The position numbers and the translations under genes were made by a program. From the NCBI GenBank assembly GCA_963711835.1, contig CAVQFQ010000018.1, positions 1 through 64,000 on the forward strand: a stretch of 64,000 bases of DNA, written 5' to 3'. Of the stretch, positions 1-11,300 are shown in pieces. Source of the DNA: an uncultured delta proteobacterium (GTDB lineage Bacteria; Desulfobacterota; RBG-13-43-22). Below the pieces are notes generated by a model. It was not told the DNA's origin. It saw only the letters and a program-made list of their open reading frames with translations, and did no database searches. How positions within the stretch are numbered: position 1 is the stretch's first letter; each line of letters begins with the position of its first letter.

Positions 1-1
1 A

Positions 2-1492
2 GGATTTCTCCGAACCATGGCCGGCGGCGGCCTTTCATTGGCAGCCGGGGGGGTTATTGGTGCCTGTTCTAAAAAAGAACCTCCGGTCCCTGCGAAAAGG
101 GTTGCCGATGTTATCCGGAAGGTTTCCGGAACCCGAGGTAATCCAGCCAATGTGATCATTATCAATGCCGATGACCTGGGATATGGCGACCTGGAATGCT
201 ATGGCAGCCAGGCCATCCGGACTCCCCATATGGACAGCCTGGCCAAAGAGGGGGTCCGATTCACCGACTTTCACGCCTGCGATTCCGTATGTACGCCCTC
301 CAGAGCAGGCCTGCTGACCGGAAGGTATCCCAAACGGATGGAACTCTTTTTCCCCCTCCACCCCGATAATCTTCCTCTATCAAAAAAATTCCTGCTCACC
401 ATCGGCAACTGGGCCGGGAGGTTGGGATTGATAGATACCGCCGCTGAAGAAGGGTCTGGAGGTCTGCCGGACCAGGAGATCACCCTGGCCCAAGCCCTGA
501 AACTCAAGGGTTATCGCACCGGCATGGTGGGCAAATGGCACCTGGGTGATTTTGGCGTAAATCCGGCTTATAACCCGGTTAATCGCGGATTTGATTCTTT
601 TTTCGGGGTACCCTACAGCAATGACATGTCCCCCTTTCCCTTGTACCGCGATACGAAGGAAATCGAGTCCCATATCACCGATCAGGCCAAGCTTACCGGG
701 CTTTACACGGAGGAAGCCATTCGTTTTATTCAATCCGCTAAAAGCGGCCCATTTTTTCTTTATCTGGCCCACACCTTTCCCCATCGTCCCCTCCATGCCT
801 CCCAGGCCTTTCAGAACCGGTCTCAGGCCGGTCTTTACGGAGATGTGGTGGAAGAGCTTGACTGGAGTGTCGGTCGGATTTTAGACACCCTGAAAGCTGT
901 CGGGCAGGCAGACAACACCTTGCTCATGTTAACCAGCGATAACGGCCCCTGGTATGAAGGAAGTCCCGGTCCCTTCAGAGGCCGTAAAGGGCAGAGCTAT
1001 GAAGGGGGCCATCGGGTGCCATTCATTGCCCGATGGCCGAGGCACATTCCTGGCGGCAGCACCTGTCGTGAACCGGCAATGAATATTGATCTTTTTCCCA
1101 CCTGCCTGGCCCTGGCGGGGTTGACCCTCCCGTCCGATCGTCTTATCGACGGCCGGGACATAACTACCCTGCTAACTCAAATCAATGCCAAATCTCCCCA
1201 GGAAGCCCTTTATTTCTATCATAACAATCAACTGGAGGGAATCAGAACCGGGAACTGGAAATATTTCCGTTCCCTTAACCATTATGTCTGGCCCATGCCG
1301 GTCAACAAGAAACTGGGCCATCTCAGCAATCACACCAGCGGACCACTGCCCCTTCTATTCAACCTGGAAATCGACCCGGGCGAAGCCTACAACCTCATAA
1401 CCAAGCATCCGGACCTAGGCAAAAAGCTGGACGAAAAAATGGTTCAATGGGAAGGTAAAATGACTGAAAATCCCTTCGGCTGGATTAAATAA
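2..1492 (+). CDS. Cys-type arylsulfatase, probable Tat-exported lipoprotein (5' end probably outside the window)
   Basis: Motifs NADDLGYGD, CTPSRAGLLTGRY (formylglycine signature), GKWHLG and SDNG. The frame is open to the window edge (..GFLRT-MAGG..VIGAC), consistent with an RRxFL Tat motif plus lipobox. Confidence 0.9.
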   Translation, partial: GFLRTMAGGGLSLAAGGVIGACSKKEPPVPAKRVADVIRKVSGTRGNPANVIIINADDLGYGDLECYGSQAIRTPHMDSLAKEGVRFTDFHACDSVCTPSRAGLLTGRYPKRMELFFPLHPDNLPLSKKFLLTIGNWAGRLGLIDTAAEEGSGGLPDQEITLAQALKLKGYRTGMVGKWHLGDFGVNPAYNPVNRGFDSFFGVPYSNDMSPFPLYRDTKEIESHITDQAKLTGLYTEEAIRFIQSAKSGPFFLYLAHTFPHRPLHASQAFQNRSQAGLYGDVVEELDWSVGRILDTLKAVGQADNTLLMLTSDNGPWYEGSPGPFRGRKGQSYEGGHRVPFIARWPRHIPGGSTCREPAMNIDLFPTCLALAGLTLPSDRLIDGRDITTLLTQINAKSPQEALYFYHNNQLEGIRTGNWKYFRSLNHYVWPMPVNKKLGHLSNHTSGPLPLLFNLEIDPGEAYNLITKHPDLGKKLDEKMVQWEGKMTENPFGWIK

Positions 1493-1555
1493 AGAAGGCG
1501 GTTCGTTAAAAACCTATCCCGAAGGAATCCTCTCCAAAAAACCCGGCGATGACAG

Positions 1556-2821
1556 ATGGATCCCCCCGCACCTCATAACCAAAAGCCATTGAACCATATC
1601 CTGGTCAAACCTGCCGGACCCGACTGTAACATGAGCTGCCGCTACTGTTTCTATAGCGGCAAAAAAGATCTCTTTCCTCTATCCGAAATCCATCGCATGG
1701 AGGATTCGATTTTGGAGGCTGTGATCAGGGATTTCCTGCAGCAAGGACCGAACCGGGTTTCCTTTAGCTGGCAAGGCGGCGAACCCACCCTTATGGGATT
1801 GGCTTTTTTCAAGCGGGCCGTTGCGCTTCAAAACCAATACGGGCAGGGGAAAGTGGTGGCCAACGGTCTCCAGACCAATGGGTTGATGATAGACCGGGAG
1901 TGGGCCGCATTTCTGAAACAGACCCCTTTTCTGGTAGGCCTGTCCCTGGACGGCCCCGAACCCATCCATGATCATTATCGACGGTTGCAGGGAGGGCAAG
2001 GATCCTTTCGCCTGGTGTGCGAAGCGGCAAAGCGGTTGCTGGATGCGGGGGTGGAAGTAAACGCCCTCGCGGTGGTCAATGACTATTCCGTGCATTTTCC
2101 GGAAGAGATCTACGGGTTTTTCAAATCCTTAGGATTATCGTACATGCAGTTTATTCCTTGCCTCGAGACCGATCCCGACCATCATCAACAAGCCGCCCCC
2201 TTTTCAGTCCCTTCTGATGATTACGGAATCTTTCTCTGCAAGCTATTCGACCTCTGGCTATCGGATTTTTCCAATGGCCGGCCCACCACCTCAATCCGAT
2301 TTTTTGAATCCCTGCTTTTCCGGTATGCGGGAGAACCGCCACCGGAATGCACCCTTCTCCACGAATGCGGCACCTACCTTGTCGTCGAGCATAACGGAGA
2401 CGTCTTCTCTTGCGACTTTTTCGTAACTCCCGGGCATCGGCTCGGCAATATACCGGAAAATCGACTGCTGGACTTGTTGAATTCTCAAAAACAAAAAACT
2501 TTCGGCCAACTCAAAGCAGCACTGTCAACGGAATGCCCTCAATGCCAATGGCTGTGGTTGTGCCGGGGTGGATGCCTAAAGGATCGACAACGAGATCCCC
2601 GCGACCAGGGTCTCAACCATTTCTGTGGGGCCTTTAAGACCTTTTTCTCCTACGCCGATGCCCGGCTTATGAAATTGGTGGCGGACTGGCGACAAAAACA
2701 GTCCCGCCCGTATTCAAAGGCCGACCTCGTCAAGGGAAAAGTGGGCCGAAATGCCCCCTGTCCCTGTGGCAGCGGTCGAAAGTACAAGAAGTGCTGTGGA
2801 TTTAAAAACAGCCAAGCCTGA
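1556..2821 (+). CDS. Anaerobic sulfatase maturase (radical SAM/SPASM) with C-terminal SEC-C motif
   Basis: CNMSCRYC, WQGGEPTL, a Cys-rich SPASM domain and VGRNAPCPCGSGRKYKKCC; adjacent to the sulfatase. Confidence 0.92.
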   Translation: MDPPAPHNQKPLNHILVKPAGPDCNMSCRYCFYSGKKDLFPLSEIHRMEDSILEAVIRDFLQQGPNRVSFSWQGGEPTLMGLAFFKRAVALQNQYGQGKVVANGLQTNGLMIDREWAAFLKQTPFLVGLSLDGPEPIHDHYRRLQGGQGSFRLVCEAAKRLLDAGVEVNALAVVNDYSVHFPEEIYGFFKSLGLSYMQFIPCLETDPDHHQQAAPFSVPSDDYGIFLCKLFDLWLSDFSNGRPTTSIRFFESLLFRYAGEPPPECTLLHECGTYLVVEHNGDVFSCDFFVTPGHRLGNIPENRLLDLLNSQKQKTFGQLKAALSTECPQCQWLWLCRGGCLKDRQRDPRDQGLNHFCGAFKTFFSYADARLMKLVADWRQKQSRPYSKADLVKGKVGRNAPCPCGSGRKYKKCCGFKNSQA

Positions 2822-2966
2822 AAAAAGTTCGTTCCCTTTCATAGAAATGAATCTGAAGAAATAGAACAAGAGAAAATACTTTGGGTTTCCATGAACCTCT
2901 CGGGTAATCCAGGGGTAGACCAATTGTCTTTATGCTGAATTCTGGATTCTGAATCCTGATTCCTTT

Positions 2967-3797
2967 TTATTTTAGATACTCAAAGGCATTCCTGAAGATC
3001 TTCAGTCCCGCCCCTTCTTCCTCCTCGATCGGCAGGCCCTTTCTTTTATTGATCTCCTTCTTCAAGGTCCAGTTTGGGTGCTGGGTGAAGTGGTGATAGG
3101 CCTCGGGATGGGGCATGAGTCCGAAGATGCGGCCGGTCGGATCACAGATACCGGCAATATCCAAAAGGGACCCGTTGGGGTTATCAGGAAACCGGCCTTC
3201 GGCCCTGTCCCCGGAGGGCAGAACATAAGACAGGGCCACCTGGTTATTCTGCTCCAGTTGCATTAATATCCCGTCGGGTGCGTAAAATTTTCCTTCGCCG
3301 TGGCGGATGGGCAGTTCCAGCCCTTCAATCCCTTTGGTAAAAAGGCAGGTGGATTCGGGATTACTTCTCATCTTCACCCAGTCATTCCGAAAGTTCCCGC
3401 AGTCATTGGCCAGCAGGGCTACCTCCCGCCGGTCATAATGTCCTTGAAAGCCCGGCAGTAATCCCATGTTGACCATAGCTTGAAACCCGTTACAGATGCC
3501 GATTATCAGCTTGCCCGAGGCTATAAATTCTTCCAGGTCGGTTTTTAACTTGTATTTCAAGCGGGTGGCCAGAAGGACCCCGGCCCCGTGGTCATCCCCC
3601 CAGCTAAAACCGCCGTCAAAAACCAGGAGGTGATAATCTTTTAGTTTTTGGGGAGTCTGCCCAACCTCCGGATTTATCAGTTCACTGATATGGACCCGGT
3701 CGGCCTCAAAGCCGGCCAGGGTCAGGGCATACTGGGTTTCTACATCACAATTCAGGCCATATCCGGTCAACACGAGAGCACGGGGGATCTTAATCAT
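2967..3797 (-). CDS. purQ: FGAM synthase glutaminase subunit
   Basis: GGFSWGD, GICNGFQ, HGEG, NPNGS and MPHPE motifs. Confidence 0.95.
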   Translation of the reverse strand: MIKIPRALVLTGYGLNCDVETQYALTLAGFEADRVHISELINPEVGQTPQKLKDYHLLVFDGGFSWGDDHGAGVLLATRLKYKLKTDLEEFIASGKLIIGICNGFQAMVNMGLLPGFQGHYDRREVALLANDCGNFRNDWVKMRSNPESTCLFTKGIEGLELPIRHGEGKFYAPDGILMQLEQNNQVALSYVLPSGDRAEGRFPDNPNGSLLDIAGICDPTGRIFGLMPHPEAYHHFTQHPNWTLKKEINKRKGLPIEEEEGAGLKIFRNAFEYLK

Positions 3798-6787
3798 ATC
3801 AAACCTCCAAAGGTTTGATGAAAGGCCTCCCTTAAGGTTTTCAACCGGGTCTTTATCAAGGTCCGCTTTCCATCTTTAATCTGAAAGGTTTGATCTTTTC
3901 GCACCCGTCCGATGGATTCCATCCGGCACCCGGCCATGTGTTTTTCAAAAGTTTTTTTCTTTTTGGGGTCCAGGCAGAGGATCACCCGGCTGCAGGATTC
4001 GGAAAAAAGGCGTCTTTCCGGGGAAAGGGGAGAGGCCACAGGGATTTTGGCCAGATCCACCTCAAGGCCCAGATCACCGGCCAAGGCCATGAGGGCCAAA
4101 TGGATCCCCAGGCCGCCGCGATAGATTCCGTGGGCCGAAGCAACCCATCCCGCTTGAATGGCTTGTTGCAAGGCCTGGTATGGTTTTTCCCCTGCGACGG
4201 CATTCAGTCGGGGGACATTCAAACCGATATACCCCAGGAGATCATAATATTCCGAGCCCCCCAATTCGTCCCGGGTCTCTCCCAGGCAATAGATCAGGTC
4301 TCCGGGAATTTTTAAGTCCAGGGATTGGCAAGAGCGAACATCCGGGACAATGCCGGTGGCCGTAAATTGAAAGGTCGGCAGCCCGGAAATCCGGTGGGCC
4401 TCACCAAAGGGGCCCTCGATATAGCCATCGACATACATGCTGTCTTTTCCGGAGAGCAAGGGGATACCGAACTTAAGACAAACATCCCGCAAGGCCCAGT
4501 TGGCCCGCACCAGTTGGGCGGCTTTGTACTTCCCATCCGGGTTTTCCAGAGGATGGTATTGGATGCTGGGCCAGCAAAAATTATCCACCCCCCCGATTTG
4601 CTCCAGATCGCTGCCCACCACCAACAGCCTCCGGACCGCCTCATCGATGGTGGCGGCCACCATAGCGTAGGGGTCGATTTGGGCGTAGGTGGGCTGGATA
4701 GCCTGAGTGAAGGCGATTCCCCGAAACGAAGGCAGATGGGGCCGGATCACCACGGCATCGCCGGGGATATCGCGGTATTTCCCGGTCAGGGGCTTAAGGA
4801 CGCTTCCTCCCTGGACTTCGTGATCGTATTGCCGCGTAATCCAGTTCTTGGAGGTAATATTGGGTCTGGCCAAAAGAGTTTTTAATAAACCCAGATAATC
4901 CTCCGGTTCCTTAATCACCGGCTCAAACAGCCCCCGGGTCTCCGCCGGCTGCCATTCGGCCTCAAAGGTCCATTTGGGGAAATCGGATTGTAAAAAATCC
5001 AGGTCCACATAGGCACAGGTTTTTCCCTGATAAAGCAAATGAACCTTGCCGGAAGCGGTGTAGTTCCCTATGCCAGCGCATTCCACATTGTGTTTGCGGG
5101 CCAGGGCCTGAAAGCGGTCCCAGTATTCCGGCTTCAGACCCACGGTCATCCGTTCCTGAGATTCGGAAATCCAGATCTCCCATTGATCCAGACCTTCATA
5201 CTTCAAGGGCACCCGATCCAGATGGACTTCACAGCCGTTGCTGAACCGGGCGGATTCCCCAACCGAGGAAGAAAGCCCGCCGCCGCCGTTATCGGTAATA
5301 TAGGACATGATCCCTTCGTCCCGGGCTTCGAGCAGGAAGTCGTGCATCTTTTTCTGGGTATACGGGTCGCCGATCTGGACATGGCCGGCCGGGGTGCTGG
5401 CGCTGTAGACTTCGGAAGAGGCCGTAACCCCGTGGATCCCGTCTTTACCCACCCGGCCGCCGCACATTACGATCAGGTCTCCGGGTGCGGTCCGTTTTGA
5501 CTCCGTCGGTTCCTCCTTTATTCGGGCCGGCATGAATCCCAAGGCAGCCACAAAGACCAGACATTTGCCGATATACCCGGGATGAAAAAAGACCTGGCCG
5601 AAGGGCGTGGGGATTCCGCTCTTGTTCCCGCCGTCTCGAACCCCTTCAATGATCCCGTCCAGAAGCCGGCGGGGGTGCAGTTTGGGCTTAAGCGGACCGG
5701 CATAATCTCTGGGCCCGACGCAGAATCCGTAGCTGCCCAGACAGAGCCTGGAGCCTTTGCCCGTACCCATGGGATCCCGATAAACCCCGACGATCCCGGT
5801 CAAGGCCCCGCCGTAAGGCTCCATGTTGGAGGGGCTGTTGTGGGTTTCGGCCGTAATGCAATAATAATGATTTTCATCAAACCGGGCCACGCCGGCATTA
5901 TCCCAGAGGACCGAGATCACCCAGTCTTTCTCTTTCTGTATCTCTAAGGTGGGGGCCTCAATACAGGTTTTAAAAAGGTTATCGATCTCTTTCCGTTCTC
6001 CGGTTGACAGATCCAGATAATGGAACAATCCCCTGAAGGTATTATGATTGCAGTGGTCACTGCGGGCCTGAGAGATATATTCCAATTCCACATCGGTAGG
6101 TAAATCAAGGCCGACCTGTTTTCGCCCTTCCCTGACCTCGGGTTTCTGAAAGTAGGCCTGGATTACCTTTAAATCCCCTTCCGGCAGGGCCCAGGACCTC
6201 TCCCGATTGAGGCCCAGCAAGGCCTCCAAGGAATCGTTCGGGATGAGTGAAATCGTAGGTTGATGATGCAGCTCCACCTTGGGAATGAGAAAACCGATAC
6301 CCTGTCGGGGATTCCAGTCCTCTTTGGAGAACACCTTACATTGTTGAATCAGGTCATTGGCCAGCAACTCCCGGGCTATTTTTTCTATGGCCTCTTTTTT
6401 TAGGCGAGGGGCCTTGATCTGATATTGTTTGGAGGTATAAACGGCCTCACCAGGGGGGAGCTTTATCTCCAGAAAGGATTCAATGGCTTCGATGGCCGTG
6501 CTTCCGGCGTTATCCTTCACCCCGGGAAGCAACCCTACCCAGATAAGCCAGTCAAATTCCCCGGCCAAGGGCTGGAAGGTAGACTGTTGAGTCACCGGGT
6601 TGGTAAAGATGCGGACCCGGATGTCTTCCAGGGCTTTTTCTGAAAGGGAAGTATCAAAGGTCAGGACCTGGATGGTTCTGACTTCTCCCAGGGTCAGCCC
6701 GAGATAATCTTCGGCCTTTTTTCGTAGGCCCTCGCCTTCAGGATCTTTCAGGTCCGGCTTTAAGGTGATTTCTAAACGATGCGGCAT
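3794..6787 (-). CDS. purL: FGAM synthase PurL with N-terminal PurS-like domains
   Basis: SDHCNH, ETHNSPS, GGRVGKDGIHG, SESQERM and QYDHEV motifs; overlaps purQ by 4 nt. Confidence 0.95.
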   Translation of the reverse strand: MPHRLEITLKPDLKDPEGEGLRKKAEDYLGLTLGEVRTIQVLTFDTSLSEKALEDIRVRIFTNPVTQQSTFQPLAGEFDWLIWVGLLPGVKDNAGSTAIEAIESFLEIKLPPGEAVYTSKQYQIKAPRLKKEAIEKIARELLANDLIQQCKVFSKEDWNPRQGIGFLIPKVELHHQPTISLIPNDSLEALLGLNRERSWALPEGDLKVIQAYFQKPEVREGRKQVGLDLPTDVELEYISQARSDHCNHNTFRGLFHYLDLSTGERKEIDNLFKTCIEAPTLEIQKEKDWVISVLWDNAGVARFDENHYYCITAETHNSPSNMEPYGGALTGIVGVYRDPMGTGKGSRLCLGSYGFCVGPRDYAGPLKPKLHPRRLLDGIIEGVRDGGNKSGIPTPFGQVFFHPGYIGKCLVFVAALGFMPARIKEEPTESKRTAPGDLIVMCGGRVGKDGIHGVTASSEVYSASTPAGHVQIGDPYTQKKMHDFLLEARDEGIMSYITDNGGGGLSSSVGESARFSNGCEVHLDRVPLKYEGLDQWEIWISESQERMTVGLKPEYWDRFQALARKHNVECAGIGNYTASGKVHLLYQGKTCAYVDLDFLQSDFPKWTFEAEWQPAETRGLFEPVIKEPEDYLGLLKTLLARPNITSKNWITRQYDHEVQGGSVLKPLTGKYRDIPGDAVVIRPHLPSFRGIAFTQAIQPTYAQIDPYAMVAATIDEAVRRLLVVGSDLEQIGGVDNFCWPSIQYHPLENPDGKYKAAQLVRANWALRDVCLKFGIPLLSGKDSMYVDGYIEGPFGEAHRISGLPTFQFTATGIVPDVRSCQSLDLKIPGDLIYCLGETRDELGGSEYYDLLGYIGLNVPRLNAVAGEKPYQALQQAIQAGWVASAHGIYRGGLGIHLALMALAGDLGLEVDLAKIPVASPLSPERRLFSESCSRVILCLDPKKKKTFEKHMAGCRMESIGRVRKDQTFQIKDGKRTLIKTRLKTLREAFHQTFGGLI

Positions 6788-6877
6788 GGCTGATTCGTTT
6801 CCTTAAGAAAAGAAGTTAGTTATAATCGGAATCGGGCTTAAAATCAACTTCCATCTGAATCCGGACAGGTTTTCCGC

Positions 6878-8101
6878 TTATCTGTTGATAAAGGGCAAGT
6901 ACCATTTCCAGCGGTAATCAGGGGCCAATATCTGGATCAATCCCTGGTCCGGTATTGCTTCATAATAGATATAGGCGACGCCTGATTCAGTTACCGGGGT
7001 GATCAATTGGGTTCTGCCGTTCTGGACCACCCTTACCTTCTCAGCCGAGACAAACGGGTTAGGGATTTCCGTCTTCAAGGTCAGGGGATAATTAAATAGG
7101 CGGTCATCCAGGGTGTCGGTCAGCTCCAGTATTATCCTTTTTTCTTCTCGCCCTTTCACGTCTACCTGTGCGGCCATCCTCTCCCGGATGTATTTGGTCA
7201 CTTCCGGGAAGGTTCCATTCCAGATTTCAGTCAGTTTAGACCCCACGTATTCCAGATGATCCCGGATAACAACGCAAGGTGGTGACCCTTCCGGCCACCA
7301 ATTACTCAGGTTGTCACAATCATGCCACATTTCAATGAGCCAAGACCCCTGGGCCATGGCCGTATCCACCCAGCCATTCATTTCCGAGGCTGTCGTCTCC
7401 ATTAATACATCCTGCTGGAACAATTGGAAAAATTGCTCTTGCGTTGGGGAGAGCCCATTATAGCCTATTTGCCCTCCTCGGGCGGCATAGTGCTTTTCCG
7501 CCACCTTGGCCCTGATTGTTTCATTGTGATGATTATAGGGGTAGATGAAACAGATGGTTTGGTAGTTGGCGAGATGGGAATCCAGGATGACTTTTGATCC
7601 ATTAACCTCCTGTTCCAACCGGGTAGGATTTACATTCCGGAGGTCCGGATGGGAATAGGAATGATTGGCTACATCAATATACCCCTCGGCCAGGATTGTG
7701 TTCCAATCGGTCCAAGTAGCCCAGGTAAATAACAGGGGATCACGTAATATCCACAAGGGCTGGATTCCGGTCGATTCCTCGATATCTTCGGTAACCAGGG
7801 CCGCGGTTCCCTTAAGCCCATGCTCTCTGAATTCAGGGAGATAAACATCATGGACCACATCATAAAACCCGTCGTCAAATACGAAGGTCACGGCGGCCTT
7901 TTTATTGTCCTTAAGAAGACAAAACGTGGTGTCCCCCGGATCGGCCTTGGCATAGGGGGAAAACCAAAGAAGGAGATAACATAGAACCGGGAAGAGAAAA
8001 GAGAAAAGAAAGGGCCGTCTGTTTTTTTTAATCGTCACTTGAAGCCTGGTTAATCTTTTTTGTCCGGAAGATGAGCCAATAGGGGCAAACAAAATCCCCA
8101 C
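6878..8101 (-). CDS. Secreted polysaccharide deacetylase (CE4/NodB-like); true start may be GTG at 8038
   Basis: TFVFDDG, NHSYSHPDL, FIYPY and EMWHD motifs; signal peptide ending AKA-D. Confidence 0.8.
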   Translation of the reverse strand: MGILFAPIGSSSGQKRLTRLQVTIKKNRRPFLFSFLFPVLCYLLLWFSPYAKADPGDTTFCLLKDNKKAAVTFVFDDGFYDVVHDVYLPEFREHGLKGTAALVTEDIEESTGIQPLWILRDPLLFTWATWTDWNTILAEGYIDVANHSYSHPDLRNVNPTRLEQEVNGSKVILDSHLANYQTICFIYPYNHHNETIRAKVAEKHYAARGGQIGYNGLSPTQEQFFQLFQQDVLMETTASEMNGWVDTAMAQGSWLIEMWHDCDNLSNWWPEGSPPCVVIRDHLEYVGSKLTEIWNGTFPEVTKYIRERMAAQVDVKGREEKRIILELTDTLDDRLFNYPLTLKTEIPNPFVSAEKVRVVQNGRTQLITPVTESGVAYIYYEAIPDQGLIQILAPDYRWKWYLPFINR

Positions 8102-8343
8102 GGGGGCTTCCCCTTCAGCCCTTATGTTTAAATTCCCTATTTATATTAGTGTGTTAAAAAGAATAAAAAGTTGGAATGCGAATTGCTTATTTCTTTATGG
8201 AAAAATTTGTTCCGCTATTATATAGAGTAATCAATTCGATTTGACCATAACAAAATAAGGATCATCTCCAAAAAAGCTGGCGATGATAGAAGGTTCGAGG
8301 ATTCAGGGGTTCAAGTGAAATGCTTAGAAATTACGAGGATGGA

Positions 8344-11300
8344 ATGAAAAACCGTGCCATCGGCCTGATTTTGGGGATTGTCCTCTTTTCTCTTTTCCGG
8401 GCCCCCGCAGCCGGGCTGGCCTCGGAGAAAATATTTACCATCCAGGTCAGCAGTTGTCTTCTGGCTGAAAGTGCCGAGCAAAAATTTCAAGAGGCAGTCC
8501 AAAAACTGAAGGAAAAAGAGCGGCCCGCCCTTCGAATTGAGAAGATTAAAAATTTTTACACCGTCAGGATCGGCAGCTTCGATACAAAATCGGAGGCCCA
8601 AAAATATCTATCCCTGATTTCTACCCGCCAGCCCCAGGCCTATATCCTGGAAGGGATTAATGATTCCCGGCGATTGATTAAAACAGCCGATCCATCCCCC
8701 CCGGCCTTTACTCACCCTTCCGGTCCGGGTAATCCCAAAGCCCCTGACCCGGAAACCAATTGGGGCCAGGCCAAGGAACTGGCCAACAAAGGGGAGTATC
8801 AAAAGGCCTTAAGACTTCTGGAGCCTTTCATCTCCAACCCCTTGGATTATCCGGCCCTCATGACGGATTATCTGGTTATTCTGATCTGGGATAAAAGAGG
8901 AGAAGAGGCCATTAAGCTCTTCGAGGCCTTACCCCCTTCCTTTCCCAAACGGCCCTATCTGTTACGCAACCTGGGAAAAGTTTATTATGATAACGGGGCA
9001 TTTTCAAAGGCCTTATCCTTATATCAAGACGCCTTGCAACAAACACCATCCGACGAACAGGCCCAGGTCGGCCTGACGCTCAGTCTGATCCGGACCGGCC
9101 AGACTAATAAGGCCTCCAAGGCCCTCGAAGTTTTCTTAAAAGAAAATCCCCACTCGTTTGCCTTAGGGCTGGCTCAAGCCCGCCTTTTGGCCCTTCAGGG
9201 TCAAACCCTTCCGGCCTTAAAGGCCTTTCGGACCTTAACAGAACAACACCGGAAGGAGAGCAATTCCGTTTATTCCGTTCAGGAAGAGCTTTTCAGCGAT
9301 CTTCCGGCAGCAAAGAAAGAGGACCTCTTAGCCGGCCTTCACAGCGCCATGGAAAAGGGAGACACCCTGGCTGCCCTGGACCATATCTGGGTTTCGAGCC
9401 TCAACAAAGAGTACCCGGCAGCCATAAAAACCTTTGAAGCTAAACCCGTTGAACCAGAGAAATATCCCGAATACCATCTTTCCTGGGTGGCCTGGGCCTA
9501 TTTTAAGACCGGCCAATTGGAAAAAGCCAGATCCCTGTATCAAACCATCCTGAAGAATACCCCGAATTATCTTCGAGCTCGTCTGGGGCTGGCCTATTGT
9601 CTGGCCGCGTCCGGGGAGGGCGATCAGGCCCTGCCCCTTCTCGACCCCATGGTCGAAGCGGACCCCGACACCCTGGATATCCGATTTGCCCGGGCCTTTG
9701 TTTATGAAAAATTAAGGAGGTTTTGGCCGGCCATCCTGGAATACGACCTGATCCTGAAACGTTCCCCTGAAAATCCCACGGCCAGGAAGTTAAGACTCCA
9801 GGCCCTTTCCGATCTGGGGGCCAGTTCCATTGCCCTGGATGCCGCTGTTAAGGAAATGCCCCGTGATCAGGAACTTGCCAAAACCTTACAAGGCGACCTG
9901 GCTGTAGACCGGATCAATTGGGAAGAACCCCGGGAGGCCTTAACCATCCTTACCCCGCTCCTGGTGGAGCCGGGAAATTTAAGGGCCAGGTTTGACGCCC
10001 TGGTGGCCCTGGTTGAAAATAAGAATATGCCCGAAGCCGTCAAGGCCTATAATCAGCTTATCTTGGAAAAGATTCCCATCCCTTATTGGGTCTTACAGCA
10101 GGTAGCCAGCGCCTATTTATATCTGGAAGAGCCGGAAAAGGCCCTGCAACTCTATGATAAGGTACTGGAAGAAAACCCGACCTCTTTTGTCGCCCGTATG
10201 GGAAAGTTTTATACCCTCCAGGAGATGCGCCAATGGAAAGCGGGACGGGAATTGCTGGACAGCCTCGATCATGAAATACCGGCGGTTTTAGGTGAAGGGA
10301 ATTTTACCTATCCTAACTGGCCCAAAATGGAGATAGCCTTAGACCGGGCCTGGTTCCTGGCTTACGAAGGACGGTTGGCGGAAGCGGAAGGCCTTTTCTG
10401 GGAACTTCGTAAAAAGGCCCCGGCCCATATGGGGGCCCGCACCGGCCTGGCCCAGGTTTATTTGTGGCGCGGCTGGCCCGACAGGGCTTTGCGGGAATTT
10501 AATATCGTCGACACCTTAGACCCGGCTTCGTACAAAGCGGCTATCGGCCGGGCCCTGGCCCTGAATGATCTCATATTAAAAAAAGAGGCCCGCCAATTAG
10601 CGGAATCCCTTTACCGGGAACATCCTGAAGACAAGCATGTGCAGCAATTGGTCCGCCGTCTCGAGGTGGAAGATAAAAATGAACTGGTGGCGGACTTTGT
10701 CTTTCATCGGGATGAGGATGGCTATGAAGACTCGAAGTTTAGCCTGACCCTCACCTCCCGGCCCTGGTTCTATAAGACCCGTTTTTACGCTTTTCTTTTA
10801 TGGGAGCAGAGTTCCTTTGAGAACCTGATGCAGTCTTACCGCCGAGCCGGATTGGGGATAACCCACCTCTTTAATCGAAATTGGGGCTTTCGACAGCATT
10901 TTTCAATCGATTATGACAGCGGCGGGAAATTCGGATCTTACACCCAAATCCATTATGCCCCGGATGATTATTGGAAATTCAGTCTCTCGTATGATTCCTA
11001 TTCGACCGATATCCCCTTGCGGGCCCGCGTTTTCGGCATCACCGGTGACCAGCTCTCCGGTCAGATCAATTTTCGGGAAAGTGATTGGCGCCAGGTTTAT
11101 TTAACCCTTAATGTTTTCAAGTATTCCGACGGCAATGAGAGAGACCAGATCCTGCTGGGCTATGAACAAGGTTTGCTGGTTAAAAATGACTGGCGGATGA
11201 GGCTCTATTTGGACCTCTTTATGTCCAACAATACCCGCGGTGATGCCCCTTATTTTAATCCCTCCCAGGATCTGAGTTTTACCGTTACCCATTTGACCGA

